Assembly (NCBI RefSeq): GCF_000014265.1
Contig: NC_008312.1
Coordinates: 3,330,001 to 3,362,000, forward strand
Reading direction: 5' to 3'
Origin: Trichodesmium erythraeum IMS101
GTDB taxonomy: Bacteria; Cyanobacteriota; Cyanobacteriia; Cyanobacteriales; Microcoleaceae
Length of the DNA: 32,000 nucleotides
The notes below the pieces were generated by a model, which worked only from the letters and a program-made list of their open reading frames with translations, was not told the origin of the DNA and made no database searches. Positions 25,872 through 32,000 of this stretch are shown here, one piece after another. A program made the position numbers and the translations under genes. Numbering within the stretch: the first letter of the stretch is position 1; every line of letters begins with the position of its first letter.

Positions 25872-26336
25872 TTATCCCAAAAATTTAGTTAAATCAAATT
25901 CGGCTTCTGCCTGAGGTTTCTGATATCTTTCAGAAATTAAAACTAATAAAAGACGCTCTGAATAATTTACTGCACCTCGCAGTTCATCTTGTAATATTTC
26001 CAATCCCCCATTAGCATACTCTTCAAATATTTTAATCCGATTTTCCTCTATTTCTTCATTAGTTTGGGAGAGAATTTTTGTATCTCTTGTGTCGGCGATC
26101 GCAATTAATTTAATAATATTTTCATATCCCCTAGACCAAAACACCTCAATATTAATTGGCCCTGGTTCTCTTATAGAAATTTCTGTCACTGGAATTCGCT
26201 TTTTTTTCTTAATAGCTAAAGATGCAGCAAATACTATTACATCTGCATAGGTTTTAAATGGGCCTGTTTTTCCTTCTGATTCAGTTAAAGCTTTAACTAA
26301 ATCTGCTTTATCTTTAGCAATTCTAATTCTGTTCAT
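25872..26336 (-). CDS. Small protein, possibly related to the 'DNA phosphorothioation (Dnd) system-associated protein 4' family
   Basis: 154-aa ORF. The N-terminal R...KD....L....E...GPF.TYADVIVFAASL and the IFEEYANGGLEIL block resemble what I remember of that family. Memory-based only and needs an HMM search. Confidence 0.4.
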   Translation of the reverse strand: MNRIRIAKDKADLVKALTESEGKTGPFKTYADVIVFAASLAIKKKKRIPVTEISIREPGPINIEVFWSRGYENIIKLIAIADTRDTKILSQTNEEIEENRIKIFEEYANGGLEILQDELRGAVNYSERLLLVLISERYQKPQAEAEFDLTKFLG

Positions 26337-26864
26337 AACTCAAAAAATTAAGGTAGTGATTAAGAACTAATTCTGACCATAAAGAGATCGATAAAAAGCA
26401 ATATTTAATTACCTTTTTTTATTGCTATTTTCGAGCCATCTAAATAAATATAAAACCTTAATTATACATTATTTTAATTCGTTTAAACCTTAATAAAAGT
26501 ACCAAACAATTAGGGAACTAATATTCGCTTCCTGAGGATTTTCTCTAATATTAGTGAGTGAGAAAAATGTACAAACAAAACATACTGCAACTATTACAAA
26601 CAATCATATTCTTGATTACTCCCTGTCACTAACATACTTTTTCATAAAAGTCTATTTTAGCATTACTAAAATTAAATATTTATAGCAATTTCACAAAAAA
26701 TATAGAAGATTACTCAAAACTTTATTTCTTAAGTAATAAGTAAGTAATAGTAGTTTTTTTTTACGATTATATACTTGTAAATACCTCTTAATATCTACGC
26801 TTTTTTCTTCCTTATTAACAAATCCAACAAGTCTAGTCACAACCAGAAAGTTAAAAACCTCCCC

Positions 26865-27215
26865 TTATGAAATATTCCTACTCCTTACTCTCTTTTCTTC
26901 TGTCCATAACAACATAGTTTTATTATCAAAATTTCCTTTACTTGCTCGCTTTTTATCTTGTTCTAATCTAACTCTACCATGAGAAATACCATAACTTCTT
27001 AGTAAAGCATCTACTACTTCTAATAAATCTGCTATTTCTATTACTAAATCAGCGTTATTTGCTGCAGCAGCTTCTTGAGCTTCTTCAATAAGTTTCTGTC
27101 GTAGCGCTTGCTGATATTCTATTTCTGATAGAGTTACAGTTTCACATTCTATACCACTTTTAAGGATAATTTCTGGGATGCGATCGCGGACTAATTTATT
27201 ATATTCTTGACGCAT
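26865..27215 (-). CDS. MazG-like all-alpha nucleoside triphosphate pyrophosphohydrolase (small 'house-cleaning' type)
   Basis: 116 aa. YNKLVRDRIPEII at the N-terminus and the EExxE.......E(I/L)ADLLEV acidic helices are typical of short MazG/HisE-like NTP-PPases. Confidence 0.7.
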   Translation of the reverse strand: MRQEYNKLVRDRIPEIILKSGIECETVTLSEIEYQQALRQKLIEEAQEAAAANNADLVIEIADLLEVVDALLRSYGISHGRVRLEQDKKRASKGNFDNKTMLLWTEEKRVRSRNIS

Positions 27216-27735
27216 AATTATATTGCCTTATTCAGTAAGTTTTGTTTATTAATTAAACTAACACAAACCATTATATATAAAATATATAGCAATTATATAA
27301 AACGGTTATAAAAATTAAAAAACTCAAAATAAACTTTGAAACTCTTGCTCATTGCCCTCATTGCCCGTTGCCCCAAACCCTCAAAAACGCCAATATTTTG
27401 GACAACATAAATATAGGATAGCTATCTACCAATTGCTAAAAATATGCTTATTCTCAAGTCAATGTTCCGTGGTTTATTTGTAACAAAGGTTCATCAGAAC
27501 TATAATGTTTTATTAAACAGACTTTGGATTGCATCGAATTTATGTTTGTTTTTTTCTTTATAATGTTTAGTATTATTTCCCTTATTCAAAATTAATTTTA
27601 TTTATGACCAAAAAATCAGGTCTCAAGTCTCTGAATTAAGCGTTCGGTACTGATAACTGTTTAACTACAGGAGATGAAAAGGGAAGCTCCGACCCAAGAA
27701 GGCTAACTCATAACTGAAATAACCAGGTATTTGCT

Positions 27736-28503
27736 ATGACTAAAAATATCATAAAATTTATAGAAAATTTAGGAAAAATTTTATCTCTATTGCTGCTAGT
27801 TTCGACTCTAGCTTCTTGCGCCATTAACACTGGTATAGTTACCAATTCAGATAGTATTTACCAATATAGAACTATTCATAATTATGAAGGTATTGGCAAA
27901 TTTTATCTAGGTCGAGAAATTGCTAAAGTAATGGGGCATGAAGGCGCAGGATGGTTAGAAAGAGATAGTAGAACTTATCAAGAAAAACCTGAAAGTGCTA
28001 TTAATAATCTTGAATTAAAATCAACAGATATCGTGGCAGATATTGGTGCTGGTACTGGCTATTTTACTTTTAGGATGAGTCCTTTAGTTCCAGAGGGAAA
28101 GGTACTAGCAATAGATATACAGCCAGAGATGTTAGAGTTAATTAATTTTGTTAATCATGAGGAAAATATTACTAATGTTGAGACAATTTTAGGTGATGTA
28201 GATAATCCAAAGATACCGCCATCTAGTGTTGATATTGCCTTGTTAGTTGATACTTATCATGAGTTTGAATATCCACGAGAAATGATGTTAGGAATAGTTG
28301 AGGGATTGAAACCTGGTGGGCGAGTAGTTTTATTGGAATATCGGAGTGAAAATCCAATGATTATGATTAAGGGTTTACACAAAATGAGTGAAAAACAGGT
28401 AAAAAAAGAAATGAAAGCTGTTGGTTTGATTTGGCAAGATACTAGAGATTTTTTACCACAACAGCATTTTTTAGTGTTTAAAAAGCCTGATATTTCTTTG
28501 TGA
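27736..28503 (+). CDS. Class I SAM-dependent methyltransferase with an N-terminal lipoprotein-type signal peptide
   Basis: The signal/lipobox is LLLLVSTLASC. SAM motif I is VADIGAGTGYFT, followed by an acidic post-I residue (LAIDIQ) and motif II-like DIALLVDTYHE. Confidence 0.8.
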   Translation: MTKNIIKFIENLGKILSLLLLVSTLASCAINTGIVTNSDSIYQYRTIHNYEGIGKFYLGREIAKVMGHEGAGWLERDSRTYQEKPESAINNLELKSTDIVADIGAGTGYFTFRMSPLVPEGKVLAIDIQPEMLELINFVNHEENITNVETILGDVDNPKIPPSSVDIALLVDTYHEFEYPREMMLGIVEGLKPGGRVVLLEYRSENPMIMIKGLHKMSEKQVKKEMKAVGLIWQDTRDFLPQQHFLVFKKPDISL

Positions 28504-28816
28504 AACTAAGGTTAAGAATAATACTAAGTTAATACTATTAGATAATTCAAGAAAAACTACTATAGCAATCTTATTTGAATTCTGAGAATTTGTAGATTTT
28601 TGGTAACAAATAATAGGGCAGAGGATAGATATAAAAACTATATCTGATTAATATAAAAAGGGTGATGTTCTAGATTTTAAGAAATAGTCAAATTATCCTA
28701 TTTAATTCATGATACCCTTATGAGCAAATCTCATAAATTTTTAATCAGGTCTTTTCGGGTATATGTGTAAGCCACTAAGATAAAAAATTTCTATTGTCTA
28801 ACTTTCACATTTTATA

Positions 28817-29025
28817 TGTCAGGTTTTAGGTATCAGGTGTCAGGTTTCAGGTGTTAGGTATTAGTTTTAAAAATCAATAAATTGATAGCATATTACTACC
28901 AAATATATTGATTTTAGCCCGTTAAATATCAATAACTTTTTACTTCAATTCACTTTCAATTATTTCTAATAACCTGAAACCTGAAATCACCAAACCTTAA
29001 ACATTAAACCTACTAAAACTTAATA
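28817..29025. repeat. Second member of the head-plus-heptamer repeat family, in inverted orientation with an opposing heptamer arm
   Basis: 28817-28866 is the GGT-strand array (CAGGTTTTAGGTATCAGGTGTCAGGTTTCAGGTGTTAGGTATTAG). The reverse complement of 28869-28903 is ATTTGGTAGTAATATGCTATCAATTTATTGATTTT, matching 30 of 35 nt of the head at 1035-1069. 28967-29020 carries ACCTGAAACCTGAAATCACCAAACCTTAAAC in the opposite orientation. Confidence 0.85.
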
Positions 29026-29059
29026 TATAAATGAGTGCTAATGGTTAGTTATTATATGA

Positions 29060-31132
29060 TTAAAAATCATTATTATCTACCTCAAGTAATTCTGTATATT
29101 CAAACTCATTTGGACTACGTTTTACCAAAGGATAAGATTTACCACCTAACTCAATAGCATCTTCCTCACAATCTGATTTTGGAGAATTATAAGAAAGCAC
29201 ATATTCCCTGCCAATATAATCAGCCATTTCCTCAGCAACTTCACCTCGCCATTGAGTCTTAGTTACTAATACAACTAATTGATTTGCTAATTGAGGAATT
29301 ATTTTAGCAATTTTTCGCCGATAAATCTCATCTAAACTCCCAAAAGGAGAATCCATTACAATAGGAAAAGTACTACTGTCAGGACCCATTAAAGTATTTT
29401 TTTTACTCCACTCTCTTACCTGATCAATAATGCTACCAATAAATGCCAAACTGAGGATTTGATTCTCTCCTGTAGAAGCAGCAACTAAGTCATTTTTACT
29501 ACTAGTATTTTCTACTAAAGTTAACTCATAGTTTTTATTTAGCTGAGGAATATAAGGAGTAAAAGAAATTTCAGAAAATAACTCTTGTACCCGTTTTTCT
29601 AAAGAAATTCTAAATTGTTTTTCTAAACGTAAACGTACTTCGTTTAGCCTCTCAATAGCATCCTGAGTAGCAGCAATTCGTCTTTGAGATAAAACTTGCC
29701 TTAACTCATTCATAGTTTGGCGATCGACTTGTTTATCTAAAACCTTAATTTCTTTATGTAAAGTTTCTAACTGTAGACTATTTGAACCAGTTTCTCTATT
29801 TAAATTTCCCACCTTAATTTCAATTTCATCTAACCTTTTTTGTAACTCCTGAATATCCTCATCTGGATAAGAGCGTAATTTTTTTTGAACTATTTCCAAT
29901 TCATTTTCCACCCCTGAAAGCTGATAACGTAATTGTTCTATATTTCCTTGTTGTCTATCAACTTCATCCCAAAAATCTACAATTTGCTTATCAACTTCAT
30001 CCATTTGTACAGTCATTCTAATTGCAGTTTCTTCAACATCAGCAACCTCTACTTTTTGCATCCATTTTTCTACTAATTTTCTCCCATTAGAATCTATAGT
30101 TAATTCAGTGCCACAAATACAACGTTGTTTTTCTAATAACTGTTGAACAAACTGCCGATTAATTCCTGTAAGTAACTCACCTTTTTCCTTTAAATGACTA
30201 AATAATTCTCGAAATTCTACTATTGCTTCTGATAAAAAAACCATATAACCACGAGTTGATATAGCTCTTTTTAAACTCTGATTTGCTTGTACTATTTGTT
30301 CTTTTATTTCCCCAATACGAACCTTTAATTTGTCTCTTTGTTGAGGCAATCCTTCTGCACCTTTAAAATCTAACAAACGACTATTAATTTCTTTTTTAAA
30401 TTTTCCATGATGTTGTAATTCTTGATCTATTTCTTGTTGGCGTTTTGATAATTTATAAATTTCCTGTTCAATTTTACTTTTTTCTTTCAAGAACTTTTTA
30501 GTCTCTGGATTCCCAATCAATCTTAAATCAGTTTCTAGGGATTTTTTAGCTTCCCCTAAATGTCTAACAGAACGATTTAATACTTCAATTCCTAATAATT
30601 CCTTAGTAGCTTCTGCAATTTCACTTTTTTGGTTATCCCTAACAATATATTCAATTCTTTCACCGTCAAAAAAGAAATATCGATGTAAACTTTCTGGCAG
30701 AATTCTACCAATAATATCATCAGGATGTTCTGGTGGTGGAGACCAACGTCCATCATCTCCAGCTATCTGCATATATAGCTCACTTTTGCCATGTTCAATT
30801 TTATTTTCTTCGTTTCTATAAGCTCGACATAAACGCTTTGCTTGATAACGTTTATGATTATGTTCAAATATAATTTCTACCCAACAAGCAATAGCTTTAC
30901 CCGCTTTTGCTTCTGTAATTGCTCGTTTATTTACCAATTGAGTTTCTGCAGCAAAAGCTGCACTAAATTTCTCATAAAGTACCCAGGTAAAAGCATTCAT
31001 GATAGTAGTTTTACCGGCACCATTGTTGCCATGAATAATTGTCGTATTTTGTTTCCCTGAAGCACAAATTATTTCTGGAGTTTTGCCATAAAACTGGCGA
31101 AAGTTACACAATATAATTGACACTAATTTCAT
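29060..31132 (-). CDS. DndD-like SMC/ABC-type ATPase with a long coiled-coil insert
   Basis: 690 aa. Contains N-terminal LCNFRQFYG...IHGNNGAGKTT (Walker A), FFFDGERIE (DndD-like), ~330 aa of heptad-rich E/K/Q/L sequence with a central CICGTEL, a signature-like STGENQILSLAFIGSII, Walker B/D-loop FPIVMDSPFGSLD, and QLVVLVTKTQW. Confidence 0.8.
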   Translation of the reverse strand: MKLVSIILCNFRQFYGKTPEIICASGKQNTTIIHGNNGAGKTTIMNAFTWVLYEKFSAAFAAETQLVNKRAITEAKAGKAIACWVEIIFEHNHKRYQAKRLCRAYRNEENKIEHGKSELYMQIAGDDGRWSPPPEHPDDIIGRILPESLHRYFFFDGERIEYIVRDNQKSEIAEATKELLGIEVLNRSVRHLGEAKKSLETDLRLIGNPETKKFLKEKSKIEQEIYKLSKRQQEIDQELQHHGKFKKEINSRLLDFKGAEGLPQQRDKLKVRIGEIKEQIVQANQSLKRAISTRGYMVFLSEAIVEFRELFSHLKEKGELLTGINRQFVQQLLEKQRCICGTELTIDSNGRKLVEKWMQKVEVADVEETAIRMTVQMDEVDKQIVDFWDEVDRQQGNIEQLRYQLSGVENELEIVQKKLRSYPDEDIQELQKRLDEIEIKVGNLNRETGSNSLQLETLHKEIKVLDKQVDRQTMNELRQVLSQRRIAATQDAIERLNEVRLRLEKQFRISLEKRVQELFSEISFTPYIPQLNKNYELTLVENTSSKNDLVAASTGENQILSLAFIGSIIDQVREWSKKNTLMGPDSSTFPIVMDSPFGSLDEIYRRKIAKIIPQLANQLVVLVTKTQWRGEVAEEMADYIGREYVLSYNSPKSDCEEDAIELGGKSYPLVKRSPNEFEYTELLEVDNNDF

Positions 31133-31374
31133 TGTACTGCTTCCTTAATAATTTTGAGAATATCATCATTAATTCGAGGAGTTTTTTTATAAAGCCTGTC
31201 TTTTTCTAGTTGTAATACTCGGCCAATGATATACTTTACTTCTGGAGGTGCAGTAGTAATTGGTTCTTGAATATTATTTAGCTTACTTTGACTTTGAGCA
31301 TTGTATGTTGAATGCTTCTCTGAAAAAATATTTGATATGTTTATGATTCCTTTGTCTGAGTATTTTGAAGTCAT
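31129..31374 (-). CDS. Small protein of unknown function, translationally coupled to the DndD-like ATPase
   Basis: Its stop TGA overlaps the ATPase ATG (ATGA overlap at 31129-31132). The track start is TTG at 31419, and the first ATG (MTSKYSDKG...) is at 31374. The C-terminal helix is PEVKYIIGRVLQLEKDRLYKKTPRINDDILKIIKEAV. Confidence 0.55.
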   Translation of the reverse strand: MTSKYSDKGIINISNIFSEKHSTYNAQSQSKLNNIQEPITTAPPEVKYIIGRVLQLEKDRLYKKTPRINDDILKIIKEAVQ

Positions 31375-32000
31375 TTGAATTTTAATAATAAGTAATACCT
31401 CATGTTCTTTATGTACCAAATTTTTATCAAAGATGGCTACATATCATGCTCAAAAACTAAATCACACAATTTTTTAAAATATTTAGTGTAGCCTAAGTTA
31501 GGAGTTATATATGTGTAGCAATATTCACAATAAAATTCCTTTCATTCTCACAAGCCTAACTGCAAAAATCACTACTTGTACACTACTACCCCTAAATTAA
31601 TGAAATTGGAATCATTATACTGGGTTGCTAAGTATTAGTGGTAAGTATTACAGCACTTTTCAGATTTATGAGCCATACCTTCATAACCAAAAGAAAATCC
31701 TGTAGAGGCATTTTCCTGTAGAATACTATGTAAACATATTGAACAAAAAAAGGGCCATTTACTCTTATTCAAATCTACTGAAATGAAAACTGCTGTATGT
31801 ATATAAGTGGTAGGTATTATGTACATTGTTTTCAACAACAAATTTGGCTAAGGTTAAGAAATAGTATTTATAGGGTTAATTTAATTGAATACATTCAAGT
31901 TTTGTTAACAGATTTTAATTTGTATTGGCATAAAAAAGCTGGCTTCCTAATATACTAAAATCTTAATTGTAAAATTTTAGTAGCGGGAAAAATCAGGTGA

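Noticed and set aside
30842-31060. Plus-strand ORF of 72 aa
   Set aside because: It is an antisense shadow inside the DndD-like ATPase gene.
31635-31841. Minus-strand ORF of 68 aa
   Set aside because: It is short, Cys/Phe-rich and low-complexity, with no support as part of the ATPase operon.

Overview
This is an AT-rich cyanobacterial chromosome segment. The evidence is many GCGATCGC (HIP1) palindromes, the genes petG, glgA, hisH, rsmD, rnc and tRNA-Thr, and abundant heptanucleotide STRR-like arrays. The composition and repeat style resemble Trichodesmium-type filamentous cyanobacteria, but I cannot verify that without a search. Ordinary housekeeping genes occupy about 11.8-19.2 kb and 24-25.4 kb. 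Three accessory blocks stand out.

(1) 0-10.4 kb is a MoxR-type AAA+ ATPase / vWA / VMAP-like NTPase conflict locus. Its genes are separated by a 1-kb compound heptamer array that carries five decoy copies of the MoxR start, and by an IS630-type remnant plus a 671-bp tandem duplication. The 1911-aa vWA protein carries nine near-identical 118-aa HTH modules. It ends in an FGE-sulfatase (C-type-lectin fold) domain whose last ~125 nt look like a diversity-generating-retroelement variable region. No template repeat or DGR-type RT is present in this window.

(2) 19.5-22.6 kb holds an orphan retron-clade reverse transcriptase with a ~165-aa coiled-coil N-terminal extension. It has no adjacent effector and no recognisable msr/msd. 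A 1.6-kb ORF-free stretch follows it and contains a stem-rich, less AT-rich core.

(3) 25.9-31.4 kb is a defence-island-like cluster. It contains a DndD-like SMC/ABC ATPase translationally coupled to a small upstream ORF, with no dndA/C/E nearby. It also contains a MazG-like NTP pyrophosphohydrolase, a possible Dnd-associated-protein-4-like gene and a lipoprotein-type SAM methyltransferase.

All domain calls come from reading motifs by eye and from memory. No database search was run.
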